Under the pieces are notes generated by a model that saw only the letters and a program-made list of their open reading frames with translations, had not been told where the DNA came from and made no database searches. A stretch of 64,000 bases of DNA from an uncultured Chitinophaga sp. (GTDB lineage: Bacteria; Bacteroidota; Bacteroidia; UKL13-3), in NCBI GenBank assembly GCA_964355075.1, contig CAYHCF010000004.1, positions 78,028-142,027 of the forward strand. The letters run 5' to 3'. The position numbers and the translations under genes were made by a program. Positions 9,925-19,010 of this stretch are shown piece after piece; the first letter of the stretch is position 1, and every line of letters begins with the position of its first letter.

Positions 9925-12039
9925 ATGAAAAATTCAATTATTTATTTAGCAATTGCCACTTTATCATTAAGTGCCTGTAAAAAAGACCTCATGAATAATT
10001 ATGAGTCGACCCAAAATTCAAACACAACTGCGTTTGTTACCAAAGCCGATAAAATGACCGATATTAAAGTACCGGCAGGTTTTAAATGGGAAATGTCACG
10101 CAACGTAAATGTGAAAATCAGCTCTACTGATAATCGCTTTGCCGGAACCATTCACAAGGTTATGATTTACAGTGCTGATCCTGCCAATGGAGGAATCAAA
10201 TTAGCAGAAGGACCTGTTTCATTGACTAAATCTTTTGAAGTAAAAATTAATACTGCAAACACCATCAACTCCTTTTATTTGGTAAAAGTAGCTCCTGACC
10301 AATCGAAACAGATTGAAAAAGTTAACATTACCAATAATAATGTAAACGTAATAATGACCGCATCTGCACCTGCAAAAATGGGTAAAACCGGAAGCGGACC
10401 TGATTGCTCTACCGGTTGCACTACTACTATTTACAATGCAAGTGGTAATCAATCTTTCACCAGTGGAACAAGATGCTTTACAGGATCCTCCATCAGTATT
10501 GGCAAATTAACCATAGATGGCACAGCTATTATCCGTATATGCGGTACCGGAACCATTGATGATGTTGAATTTAAAAGCAGCACTTCTCAATTAATTATTA
10601 CTTCTTCAGGAAATATAAATTTCAACCAAACTGTTCCTATCGACGAAGGTTCGTTTGTAAATTATGGTACAGTAACTACTACTCTGGGAAGAAATTTTAA
10701 TGTAAACGCAACCGCAACATTTGAAAATAATGGAACTTGCATATTTGGAAAAGATTTTAATCCGAACGGTTACAGTGTTATTACCAATAATGGTTCCATC
10801 GAAGTTGCAGAAAAACTAATCAATAGTGCAAACAGCACTTTTACCAACAACTGTAAATTAATCGTTCACAACGATTTTCAAAATAACGGAACTTTTTATA
10901 ACTATGGTTATATCAAATGCGATATGGAAACTAGTATTCTAGGTGGGGTAAACCAGGTATTCAAACAATATAATGGTGCCATGCTACATACTCAGGATAT
11001 CCAGGTTAACGGCACGATTACCGGAATGGGGACTACTTCCTTGATTAAAGTAATTGACGCATCAAAAGGAAATACTTCAGGTGTTGTAAATGGTGCACAA
11101 AGTTATTGCGATTTGAATGGAATTGAAGCCTTATTTAATGCCAGCATTAATGGTGGTGCCACTCAAAGTTGCAGCCTGTATATTCCGATAAGCGCTTGTA
11201 ATCCGGTTGGAAGTGGTTCAGCACCTATTACAGATACGGATGGCGACGGCGTTACAGATGCAAATGATTGCTACCCGAATGATCCACTCAAAGCATTCTG
11301 CAATCCATTTGGAACCTCAACAGTTGCTTTCGAAGACTTATGGCCATCAAAAGGAGATTATGATTTAAATGATGTAGTTGTTTCTTATAACTATAATGTT
11401 ATTACCAATGCATCCAATAATGTAGTAAGAGTTGAAGCAACTTATGTATTGCATGCAACCGGCGGAAGTTATAATAATGGATTTGCCGTGCAGTTCCCGA
11501 TTAACCGTTCAAATGTAAGTGGTGTAAGTGGAGCCACTTTAGAAGCCGGACAAACCAAAGCAGTATTGGTAATATTTAATGATATGCGTGCTGAAATGAA
11601 TATGTGGAATACAATGCCTTCACAGCCCATGAGTCCGGTTGTTACCTATCATGTTGCCTTCAATGTATCTGGTGCACCTAGTTTAGCAAGTTTTGGATTA
11701 AGTGGTTACAACCCGTTTATCTGGAATGGAACTTCAGGATTTGGCAGAGGATATGAAATTCATTTACCCGGTTATTTACCAACTGATTTAGCAACTACTA
11801 GTATATTCGGAACTTTAGATGATGCTACGAATTTGGGAACCGGAGATACTTATGTGAGCAAAAACGGAAGATACCCATGGGCAATCAGTGTACCGGGAAC
11901 TTATAATTACCCTATTGAAAAAGCTGACATTAATACCGCCTACTTAAAATTTGCAACTTGGGTAAGTAGTGGTGGAACCCAGTATAACGACTGGTATACA
12001 AACGGAAGTGGTTACCGCAACGCGGCTAACATTTACTAA
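9925..12039 (+). CDS. LruC domain-containing lipoprotein
   Basis: Lipoprotein signal (LSLSAC). A thrombospondin-type-3-like acidic repeat (TDTDGDGVTDANDCYPNDP) is followed by FEDLWPSKGDYDLNDVVVSY, which matches the start of the LruC domain as I remember it. Confidence 0.7.
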   Translation: MKNSIIYLAIATLSLSACKKDLMNNYESTQNSNTTAFVTKADKMTDIKVPAGFKWEMSRNVNVKISSTDNRFAGTIHKVMIYSADPANGGIKLAEGPVSLTKSFEVKINTANTINSFYLVKVAPDQSKQIEKVNITNNNVNVIMTASAPAKMGKTGSGPDCSTGCTTTIYNASGNQSFTSGTRCFTGSSISIGKLTIDGTAIIRICGTGTIDDVEFKSSTSQLIITSSGNINFNQTVPIDEGSFVNYGTVTTTLGRNFNVNATATFENNGTCIFGKDFNPNGYSVITNNGSIEVAEKLINSANSTFTNNCKLIVHNDFQNNGTFYNYGYIKCDMETSILGGVNQVFKQYNGAMLHTQDIQVNGTITGMGTTSLIKVIDASKGNTSGVVNGAQSYCDLNGIEALFNASINGGATQSCSLYIPISACNPVGSGSAPITDTDGDGVTDANDCYPNDPLKAFCNPFGTSTVAFEDLWPSKGDYDLNDVVVSYNYNVITNASNNVVRVEATYVLHATGGSYNNGFAVQFPINRSNVSGVSGATLEAGQTKAVLVIFNDMRAEMNMWNTMPSQPMSPVVTYHVAFNVSGAPSLASFGLSGYNPFIWNGTSGFGRGYEIHLPGYLPTDLATTSIFGTLDDATNLGTGDTYVSKNGRYPWAISVPGTYNYPIEKADINTAYLKFATWVSSGGTQYNDWYTNGSGYRNAANIY

Positions 12040-12070
12040 TCAGAAAAAACGTCCAACCTTAACGAAGCAG

Positions 12071-12105
12071 AAACCCCGGGGTACATTGTATCTCGGGGTT
12101 TTTTG
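12071..12105 (+). terminator. rho-independent terminator candidate after the LruC gene
   Basis: The stem aaaCCCCG pairs with CGGGGttt around a ~15-nt loop and is followed by a T-run (ggggttttttg), 32 nt after the stop codon. Confidence 0.55.
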
Positions 12106-12267
12106 CTCTCTTTCCTGGTTTCTACCCCATTGCAAAGACCCTAAAACAACTTCGCGCCTTTGCGTCTTTGTGGCAAATGAACTAACAACAAAAATGGTTT
12201 TTTACTTGAATTAATTTACTTTCTTTGTTTTTGGCTTCCTTTTAAAAACCAAACTCGTTCCGGAATT

Positions 12268-13620
12268 ATGCTATATGGAATTATAAAATTGATTCTGCAA
12301 GTTACCATCAAGGTTTTTTTTCATTCCATTACAATAAAAAACAAGGAAGCTATTCCTGAAAATGGTCCGGTATTGTTTTTAGCCAATCATCCTGCAACCT
12401 TTATGGATCCTATTGTGATGGCTTGTATTATTAAAAGAAAAGTTTTTTTTCTGGCCAAAGGATCCTTATTTACCGGGCCTGTTATTTCGTGGATTTTAGC
12501 CCGTTTTAACCTGATTCCGATCTACCGCAAACAAGACGATCCCAGGTTGTTAAATAAAAACATGGATACCTTTAAAAAGTGTAATGAGCATTTGGAAAAG
12601 GGGGGTGCCATCATCATTTATCCTGAGGGAGTAAGTATAATTGAACGAAAATTAAAGCCTATCAAATCAGGCGCATCCCATATAGCGCTTTCGACCGAAG
12701 AGAAGAACGGTTTTAAGTTGGGAGTGAAGATTGTAAACATTGGTCTGAATTACGAGAATCAACAAAAATTCAATAAAGATCTATATATCAATATTCATGA
12801 ACCCATCCTTGTAAAATCTTTTGAAGAACGGTATAAAAAAGACAAAGTTGAGACCATCCGGGAGCTTACTCATGAAATTGACAGGCAGCTTAGTACACTG
12901 GTAATTTCGGTTCCGGATGAAAAAACCGATCAATTTTTAAAGGACATTGAAACCCTTTATCTGCAACAATTAAAGGAGGAATGGGGCATATCGGGGAAAC
13001 AGGTTCCGGCAGAATTTGCGATCACACAAAAAATCATAAAAGCAATTAATTATTTTTCTGAAATTGATCCTGCTTTTATTTCAACTATTCAAATACGTAT
13101 AAAAAATTATTTCAGACATTTACATGTCTATCGGCTATCTGATTCCGATATTAAGACTTTTAATAATAATGGGGCAGTTTGGTTCAGCAATATTTTAAGA
13201 CTCCTTTTCCTTTTATTCGGATTGCCAATCTATCTTTATGGATTAATCAACAATTATTTACCCTTTCAAATTCCAGATTGGATTGCAGCAAAAACCAAGG
13301 ATTACCGCGGTGCCGTTGCGATGGTTTCGGGCATCGTAACTTTCACCATTTTTTATGCCTTTCAAATATTTTGGGTTTATGAATATACTCAAAGTCCCAT
13401 ATGGAGTATTCTGTATGGAATGAGTCTGCCCATAAGCGGATTTTTTGCATTTTACTATTGGAAGAATTTCAATCTGGTTAAAAGCAAGTGGCTGCTGATA
13501 GCCTTATTTTACAGACGTAGTATCGTCTTTCGTCTTTTAGTTGAAGAACGCAGGAGTATCATAACCCAATTTGAAAAAGCTGAAAAAGATTTTATTCAAA
13601 AATTCCCTGAAACCGAATGA
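12268..13620 (+). CDS. lysophospholipid / 1-acyl-sn-glycerol-3-phosphate acyltransferase family membrane protein
   Basis: Acyltransferase HX4D motif (ANHPATFMDP) and IIYPEG block, with C-terminal hydrophobic helices. Confidence 0.75.
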   Translation: MLYGIIKLILQVTIKVFFHSITIKNKEAIPENGPVLFLANHPATFMDPIVMACIIKRKVFFLAKGSLFTGPVISWILARFNLIPIYRKQDDPRLLNKNMDTFKKCNEHLEKGGAIIIYPEGVSIIERKLKPIKSGASHIALSTEEKNGFKLGVKIVNIGLNYENQQKFNKDLYINIHEPILVKSFEERYKKDKVETIRELTHEIDRQLSTLVISVPDEKTDQFLKDIETLYLQQLKEEWGISGKQVPAEFAITQKIIKAINYFSEIDPAFISTIQIRIKNYFRHLHVYRLSDSDIKTFNNNGAVWFSNILRLLFLLFGLPIYLYGLINNYLPFQIPDWIAAKTKDYRGAVAMVSGIVTFTIFYAFQIFWVYEYTQSPIWSILYGMSLPISGFFAFYYWKNFNLVKSKWLLIALFYRRSIVFRLLVEERRSIITQFEKAEKDFIQKFPETE

Positions 13621-13641
13621 GACCGGAATTCAACTCCGCAT

Positions 13642-15348
13642 TTAGGCCAAAACCAATTTATTCGATTCCGCCTCTTTTTTTTTCATAAAAACCTGTTCCG
13701 TTTCGGCCATTGCATGCTTCCAGGTTTGGTAGCCACCCGAAAGATTAAAAATATTTTCATACCCCTTTTGAATTAAAATTCTTTGCGCCAAATAACCTCT
13801 CTGACCAACAGCACAATATACTATTATTTTCCTGTCAGGCGGAATTTCATCTATGCGTTCACGCAAAGCATCTAAAGGCAGGTTTTTTGCACCTGGAATA
13901 TGTCCGGATTTGAATTCCAATAATGTTCTAACATCAATGATAAATTCCTGTTGATCTTCCAAACCCAACTCGTTCCAATACACCACATTCATTTTTTTGA
14001 GAAGCATGTTTTCGGCAACAAAACCAGCGATATTTACCGGATCTTTTGCAGAAGAATAGGGAGGCGCATACGCATGCTCAATTTCTGCCAATTCGAAAAT
14101 GGTACTGCCTCTTTTTATTACAGAAGATAACATTTCAATTCGTTTATCAGCGCCTTCATATCCGACAACCTGGGCTCCATACAATTTCCCACTTTCAGAA
14201 GAAAAGGCCAATTGAATGGTCATCTGTGCTGCGCCCGGATAATAACCTGCATGGGAACCGCTATGGGTAGTAGAAATCACATGACTGATATTTGATTTTT
14301 TTAATTGTTTTGAAGGCATTCCTGCCGTGGCAATGGTCATGTCGAATACTTTTACAATGGCCGTATTGATGGCTCCATTGTATTTTTCGGTATTCCCCAA
14401 CACGATATTATTGGCACAAATACGACCTTGTTTATTGGCGGGACCTGCCAAAAAGGTGCTCATCGAATTTCCTGTTATCGGATTGCTAAACTCTATTGCA
14501 TCGCCTACTGCATAAATATCGGGGTCTGAAGTTTGAAGATACTCATTTACCCAGATTCCTTTAGCGGTTCCCAGATTCAACCCCGCCCCAACTGCAAGTC
14601 TGGTATCCGGACGAACTCCAATGGAAAGAATCACCAGATCTGCTTCAATCGGTTCGCTGTCTTTAATGGATACACTTATTCCTGTTTTGTTTTTTTCAAA
14701 TCCAACCACACTTGTGTTCAGGCGCAGATCTATTCCTTTTTTTCTGATATGTTGTTGCACAATGGCAGCAATGGTAAAATCAACAGGAGCCAAAATCTGC
14801 TCTCCCATTTCAATAATACTTACTTCCATACCCAGCAAATGAAGATTTTCTGCCATTTCAAGTCCGATAAAACCTCCACCAATCACAACCGCTTTGCCCG
14901 ATTTGTTCATATTGGCATAGGCTTTTATATAATCGGTATCATTAACATTTCTGAGTGTAAATATTCCTTCACTCATTATTCCGGGTAAAGGTGGTTTAAC
15001 CGGCTCAGCACCGGGAGATAAAATCAATTTATCATAATTTTCGGAGTAAACCAATCCTGTTTTCTGATCACGCGCTTCAATGGTTTTGGCTTTTGGATCA
15101 ATTGAAAGCACTTCGGTTTGAACACGAACATCAATATTGAATCTTTGGTTAAAAGCGGCTGCTGTTTGCACAAACAATTTATTCCGGTCCTTTATTACAT
15201 TACCAATATAGTAGGGTAAGCCACAATTGGCATACGAAATATATTCTCCCTTTTCAAAAATAACGATCTCAGCTTTTTCATCTAATCTCCTTAATCTGGC
15301 AGCAGCACTTGCTCCACCGGCAACTGCCCCAATAATTACATATTTCAT
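13642..15348 (-). CDS. CoA-disulfide/persulfide reductase-type FAD oxidoreductase with C-terminal rhodanese domain
   Basis: FAD-binding GAVAGG, a single redox Cys (SYANCGLPYY) and a second dinucleotide fold (VIGGGFIGLE). The C-terminal rhodanese loop is VYCAVGQRG (Cx4R). The ATG at 15348 forms an ATGA overlap with the upstream rhodanese stop; 15360 is an alternative start. Confidence 0.85.
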   Translation of the reverse strand: MKYVIIGAVAGGASAAARLRRLDEKAEIVIFEKGEYISYANCGLPYYIGNVIKDRNKLFVQTAAAFNQRFNIDVRVQTEVLSIDPKAKTIEARDQKTGLVYSENYDKLILSPGAEPVKPPLPGIMSEGIFTLRNVNDTDYIKAYANMNKSGKAVVIGGGFIGLEMAENLHLLGMEVSIIEMGEQILAPVDFTIAAIVQQHIRKKGIDLRLNTSVVGFEKNKTGISVSIKDSEPIEADLVILSIGVRPDTRLAVGAGLNLGTAKGIWVNEYLQTSDPDIYAVGDAIEFSNPITGNSMSTFLAGPANKQGRICANNIVLGNTEKYNGAINTAIVKVFDMTIATAGMPSKQLKKSNISHVISTTHSGSHAGYYPGAAQMTIQLAFSSESGKLYGAQVVGYEGADKRIEMLSSVIKRGSTIFELAEIEHAYAPPYSSAKDPVNIAGFVAENMLLKKMNVVYWNELGLEDQQEFIIDVRTLLEFKSGHIPGAKNLPLDALRERIDEIPPDRKIIVYCAVGQRGYLAQRILIQKGYENIFNLSGGYQTWKHAMAETEQVFMKKKEAESNKLVLA

Positions 15349-15626
15349 GCGTTGCAACATATATCATTTACATCAATCCAGGATCCGCCATTTTCACAAT
15401 CAATTCCCTGTTGTTGCAAAAATTCGGTTGCCTGCATACTCCGTGCACCGGATGCACAGCATAGAATTATTTTTTTCAGTTGTTTGAGTTCATCCATTCT
15501 GTTGGGGATTTCCTGTAAAGGAATGTTTCTGCTTCCTGCAACGTGACCGCCCATAAATTCTCCCGGAGTGCGCACATCCACAATGGCTATATCTCCATTT
15601 TTCAAAAGTGTACCTAAATTTTGCAT
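15345..15626 (-). CDS. single-domain rhodanese-like sulfurtransferase
   Basis: Active-site loop ILCCASGARS (CxxxxR). Start is ambiguous between ATG 15626 and ATG 15674. The stop overlaps the downstream start (ATGA). Confidence 0.75.
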   Translation of the reverse strand: MQNLGTLLKNGDIAIVDVRTPGEFMGGHVAGSRNIPLQEIPNRMDELKQLKKIILCCASGARSMQATEFLQQQGIDCENGGSWIDVNDICCNA

Positions 15627-15725
15627 GATAAATTTGTTTTTATTTTGGCTACAAATTTCGGAACCATCATTCATACTATATGTAACATTTGTTGGATAAC
15701 AAAAAAAGATATGAATTTTTAGAAC

Positions 15726-16361
15726 TTATACCAGAAGTTCAATATTATTTCTGCCCAAAATAACCATTTTTTTTAATTCCATAGTTCGGAGAAGTCTGCT
15801 AATAGCTTCCCGGTGCGTATGCAACTCATCGGCAATTTGCTGATGTGTAATTTCAATGGAAGTGGACTGTTTTGCCTGACAGCGTCCTTTCAGGTAATGC
15901 AGCAATTGTTTATCCATATTGTTAAAAGCAATCAGGTCGATTACTTCCAGTAATTCAGCAAAGCGGTTATTGTAATTGTTGCTGATAAACGCCTTCCATT
16001 CGGTGTATTTATACCAATCGTTGGTATATCGAACCGGTATTTGTAAGAATTCGGTATGGTCTTCGGCAACTGCTTTAATCAGACTTTTATTCCCGGCCTG
16101 ACAGCAGGTAATAGACATGGCGCAGGTTTGACCCGGATATAAATGATAAAGAAAAACCTCATTGCCATCCTCATCCGAGCGGAGAACACGGATACAGCCT
16201 TTTAATACAATGGGGATATAACGAATCTCCTCACCAGGTTTTAGCACTAACTCATCGGCACGAATTGTTTTAACGCTCGCAACTTGAAGTAAGTCGGCTA
16301 TTAATTTGGGATCTCTGAAAAACCCCAGCTTGTTAATTTGTTGCTGTATATCTGAATTCAT
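15726..16361 (-). CDS. Crp/Fnr family transcriptional regulator
   Basis: N-terminal cNMP-binding-like beta-roll and C-terminal HTH (THQQIADELHTHREAISRLLRTM). 211 aa. Confidence 0.85.
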   Translation of the reverse strand: MNSDIQQQINKLGFFRDPKLIADLLQVASVKTIRADELVLKPGEEIRYIPIVLKGCIRVLRSDEDGNEVFLYHLYPGQTCAMSITCCQAGNKSLIKAVAEDHTEFLQIPVRYTNDWYKYTEWKAFISNNYNNRFAELLEVIDLIAFNNMDKQLLHYLKGRCQAKQSTSIEITHQQIADELHTHREAISRLLRTMELKKMVILGRNNIELLV

Positions 16362-16423
16362 TTTCTGAAATTAAAGTAAGCGTTATTTATGGGAGCATAA
16401 GGTAAGAAATATCCGGGATCATA

Positions 16424-17131
16424 TTATTGTTTTTCTGTATTTAAAATAAACCCGACCCCAAAAACATTCTCAATGTTAAGTTGAGGATCGTCCTTCAGGT
16501 ATTTTCGGATTTTGGTAATAAACACGTCGAGGCTACGACCCAGAAAATAATCATTTTCACCCCATAAATCCCTGAGTAATTCCTCGCGTTTTACCAGTTT
16601 GTTTTGGTGCTTGCATAAATACCTGAGGATCTCACTCTCTTTTTCAGTAATTCTTTTTGTTTTACCATAAATCATTAATGATTGATTGGAAAAGTCAAAG
16701 GTAAACTTCCCAATCGTAACCAATTCTTTTTCGCCCTTATTTTTTTCAGGAGAAGTTCTTCTGATGACTGCTTTTATTTTCCAAAGCAATTCTTCCTCAT
16801 CAAACGGTTTTGTGATGTAATCGTCGGCACCTAAATCATATCCTTTCAATTTATCTTCTTTTAAGGATTTGGCTGTAATAAACAGGATTGGGATTTTTTT
16901 GTCTTTTATTCTGATTTCTTTAGCCAAAGTGAATCCGTCCATTTTTGGGAGCATAATATCTAATAAACATAAATTAAACTGGCCGGATTGAAATGCTTTC
17001 AGGGCTAATTCACCGTCTCTGCATAGCTTTATATCGTACCCTTCTGCTTCTAAATAATCAACTAAAAGCATACCCAGATTCAGATCGTCTTCAGCAAGTA
17101 ATATCTTAAGTTTATCATTTACCATTTTCAA
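16424..17131 (-). CDS. OmpR/PhoB-family response regulator
   Basis: Receiver motifs (ILLAEDD, CLLDIMLPKMDG, ITAKS, DDYITKPF) plus a winged-helix output domain. It overlaps the kinase gene stop. Confidence 0.9.
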   Translation of the reverse strand: MKMVNDKLKILLAEDDLNLGMLLVDYLEAEGYDIKLCRDGELALKAFQSGQFNLCLLDIMLPKMDGFTLAKEIRIKDKKIPILFITAKSLKEDKLKGYDLGADDYITKPFDEEELLWKIKAVIRRTSPEKNKGEKELVTIGKFTFDFSNQSLMIYGKTKRITEKESEILRYLCKHQNKLVKREELLRDLWGENDYFLGRSLDVFITKIRKYLKDDPQLNIENVFGVGFILNTEKQ

Positions 17132-18380
17132 ACGGGATTGTTATTTTAAAAGTTGTTCCTATTCCGCTTTCGCTTTGAATTTCAATATTGCCCTGATGCA
17201 ATTGTACGATCTTTTTTACATAGGATAAACCGAGTCCAAAACCTTTTACATCGTGGATATCACCGGTTGGAACACGGAAGAACTTTTCGAAAACCCGATT
17301 CAGGTATTCTTTATCAATACCCACTCCATTATCGGAAATTTTCCATACCAGATTGTGACCGGTATTTAGTGTTTGAATCACGATTTCAGGTTTACCTTTG
17401 GAATACTTTATTGCATTATCAATTAAATTGCAAATAGCGTTTATCAGGTGTTTTTTATCTCCCCAAACAACAAAGCAATCTGCTTTCAGATTCAATTTCA
17501 AATTGCCATTCTTATTCTCAATCTGAAGGTTCATACCCTTTACAGCCTCATAAATCAGCTGATGAAAATCCAAATCGGTTTTCATCAAAAGCATATCTCC
17601 TCTTTCCAGCTCCGACATGCTTAATACTTGTTCTACCTGAAGCCTGAGCTTGTCGTTTTCCTGCAATATAATTTCTGCATAATGTTTTATTTTATCGTGT
17701 TGCATCAGGTTTGAATCCCTGATAATAAATTTACCTGCTAATGCAATATTTGTCAAAGGTGTTTTAAATTCATGCGTCATATTATTGATGAAACCAGTGG
17801 TATGTTCAGCTATTTTTTTCTCTTTAATCAGGGAAAAAACCGTTCTCCAAAATAGAATAAGGACCACAATGATCAGCACAAGGGAAGCGAAAAATGGAGT
17901 ACTTAATTCATCCAAAATAAACTGTTTTTTGGCAGGGAAAATCAACTTCAATTCCAGGCCACTTTTATTTGCCAATGCATCCAACCTACGTTTATATACA
18001 TTCTGTTTCAATACACCTTCCTCTTGCGTATCTCCATTTACACCCGGCTTTATGATTTCAAAAGAGTATTTTAAATGAAAATTGTAAAACTTCATGAATC
18101 TTTTGAGCAAGGCATCAATTTTTTTCACCTCCCCATCCTCCAGTTTCAACCTGCAATCCTTGCCCCCTTCCATCAAACAAACCCTGTCCATATTCAGACA
18201 GGCTTCCTTATCTGAACAGAGCGCCTCTGCGGTTCTGGATAGAACCATATTTGCTTTCTCATTAAATAAATCCTCTTTGGCTTTTGCCGCTTGTATGATC
18301 CAGTTTACCTGAATAAACAGTAAGATCGACAAGGCAATAAATGATATGGCTATCAATAAAAAGTTTCTGTATGATTTCAT
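17115..18380 (-). CDS. sensor histidine kinase
   Basis: H-box HEFKTPLTNI, N-box LIDNAIKYS, and G-boxes DNGVGI and GFGLGLS, with two TM segments. The ATG is at 18380; the ORF track uses the TTG at 18386. Confidence 0.85.
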   Translation of the reverse strand: MKSYRNFLLIAISFIALSILLFIQVNWIIQAAKAKEDLFNEKANMVLSRTAEALCSDKEACLNMDRVCLMEGGKDCRLKLEDGEVKKIDALLKRFMKFYNFHLKYSFEIIKPGVNGDTQEEGVLKQNVYKRRLDALANKSGLELKLIFPAKKQFILDELSTPFFASLVLIIVVLILFWRTVFSLIKEKKIAEHTTGFINNMTHEFKTPLTNIALAGKFIIRDSNLMQHDKIKHYAEIILQENDKLRLQVEQVLSMSELERGDMLLMKTDLDFHQLIYEAVKGMNLQIENKNGNLKLNLKADCFVVWGDKKHLINAICNLIDNAIKYSKGKPEIVIQTLNTGHNLVWKISDNGVGIDKEYLNRVFEKFFRVPTGDIHDVKGFGLGLSYVKKIVQLHQGNIEIQSESGIGTTFKITIPFENGK

Positions 18381-18390
18381 CTTCAAGGTT

Positions 18391-18398
18391 CAAAGCTA
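18391..18398 (-). promoter_or_regulatory. Bacteroidota sigma-A -7 box candidate (TAgcTTTG) for the kinase/regulator operon
   Basis: The reverse complement of caaagcta matches TAnnTTTG, 11 nt upstream of the ATG at 18380. Confidence 0.35.
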
Positions 18399-18485
18399 AG
18401 TATTTAAAGTATTTTATATATTGCCTTAACAAGTCGTTAACAAAGTAATAACTTCCTGATAACAGTTCGTGTTTAGGTTCAGTTA

Positions 18486-18493
18486 TACCTTTG
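18486..18493 (+). promoter_or_regulatory. Bacteroidota sigma-A -7 box candidate (TAccTTTG) for the Cys/Lys-rich ORF
   Basis: Exact TAnnTTTG match, 27 nt upstream of the ATG at 18520. Confidence 0.4.
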
Positions 18494-18519
18494 TGGTACA
18501 AATTTTAAAAAATTAAATC

Positions 18520-18783
18520 ATGAAAAAGTTAATTCTAACCTCAGCTACTTTATTGTTTTTAGGTTTTACTGTATTTGCCGGAGATGGCGATAAATGCCGT
18601 AAAAAATGTGACAAAAAGTGTGACAAAAAAGAATGTGTAAAAGACGCCAATGGCGACAAAAAATGTAGCAAAGCAGATTGCAAACACGATGCAAAATGCG
18701 ATAAAGAGCAGTCTAAAAACTGTGCGAAGAAATGTAAGGCCGAAGCGGGTAAGCCGGAAATAATGCCGGTTGAAACCAAATAG
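18520..18783 (+). CDS. small secreted Cys/Lys-rich protein (no recognised family)
   Basis: Signal peptide MKKLILTSATLLFLGFTVFAG. The mature ~65 aa contain 9 Cys in KKC/DKKC spacings. A consensus -7 box lies upstream. The antisense ORF lacks comparable features. Confidence 0.6.
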   Translation: MKKLILTSATLLFLGFTVFAGDGDKCRKKCDKKCDKKECVKDANGDKKCSKADCKHDAKCDKEQSKNCAKKCKAEAGKPEIMPVETK

Positions 18784-18835
18784 GTAAAGCTGTTTCTTTA
18801 CAGCGAAATTCCTGCCTTCAGCTTCTCGGCATTCT
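18751..18835. repeat. left copy of an ~85-bp direct repeat (partner at 20227-20312)
   Basis: By-eye alignment shows ~6 substitutions and one 1-nt indel, with the last 39 bp identical. This copy contains the real 3' end of the Cys/Lys-rich ORF plus a dead copy of the prfA 3' end (NAEKLKAGISL-stop on the - strand). Confidence 0.85.
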
Positions 18836-18840
18836 AAGCT

Positions 18841-18920
18841 AACTGCTCCGTTTCAGCCATCGCATGCTTCCGGGTTTGGTAGCCACCCAAAAGATTAAAA
18901 ATATTTTCATGCCCATTCTG
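18841..18920 (-). pseudogene. 80-bp remnant of the 3' region of a CoA-disulfide-reductase-rhodanese paralog
   Basis: It aligns base-for-base with 13691-13770 (9 mismatches in 80 by eye). It translates on the - strand to GHENIFNLLGGYQTRKHAMAETEQ, against GYENIFNLSGGYQTWKHAMAETEQ in the intact gene. Confidence 0.8.
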
Positions 18921-18942
18921 TTACACTCCGGGGATAAGAAAA

Positions 18943-18977
18943 TATCGAATATCGAATATCGAACGTCGAATATCGAA
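18943..18977. repeat. tandem heptamer repeat (tatcgaa x5, one variant cgtcgaa)
   Basis: Read directly from the sequence: tatcgaa tatcgaa tatcgaa cgtcgaa tatcgaa. Confidence 0.9.
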
Positions 18978-19010
18978 GTATAGAACTGAGGTAAATCAGG
19001 TATTTGGCAC

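Noticed and set aside
12130-12176. Hairpin-capable motif ttgcaaagac ... cttcgcgcctttgcgtctttgtggcaa, reminiscent of short REP-like elements seen in other Bacteroidota
   Set aside because: There is only one copy in this window, so repeat status cannot be shown here. The 81-aa ORF 11969-12214 across it overlaps the LruC gene end and the terminator and looks spurious.
18513-18779. 88-aa antisense ORF mirroring the Cys/Lys-rich gene
   Set aside because: It is a shadow of the + strand ORF. It has no signal peptide and no promoter box, and its composition is low-complexity Ser/His/Leu/Phe, generated by reading the Lys/Cys/Asp codons backwards. The + strand ORF has a signal peptide and a consensus -7 box.
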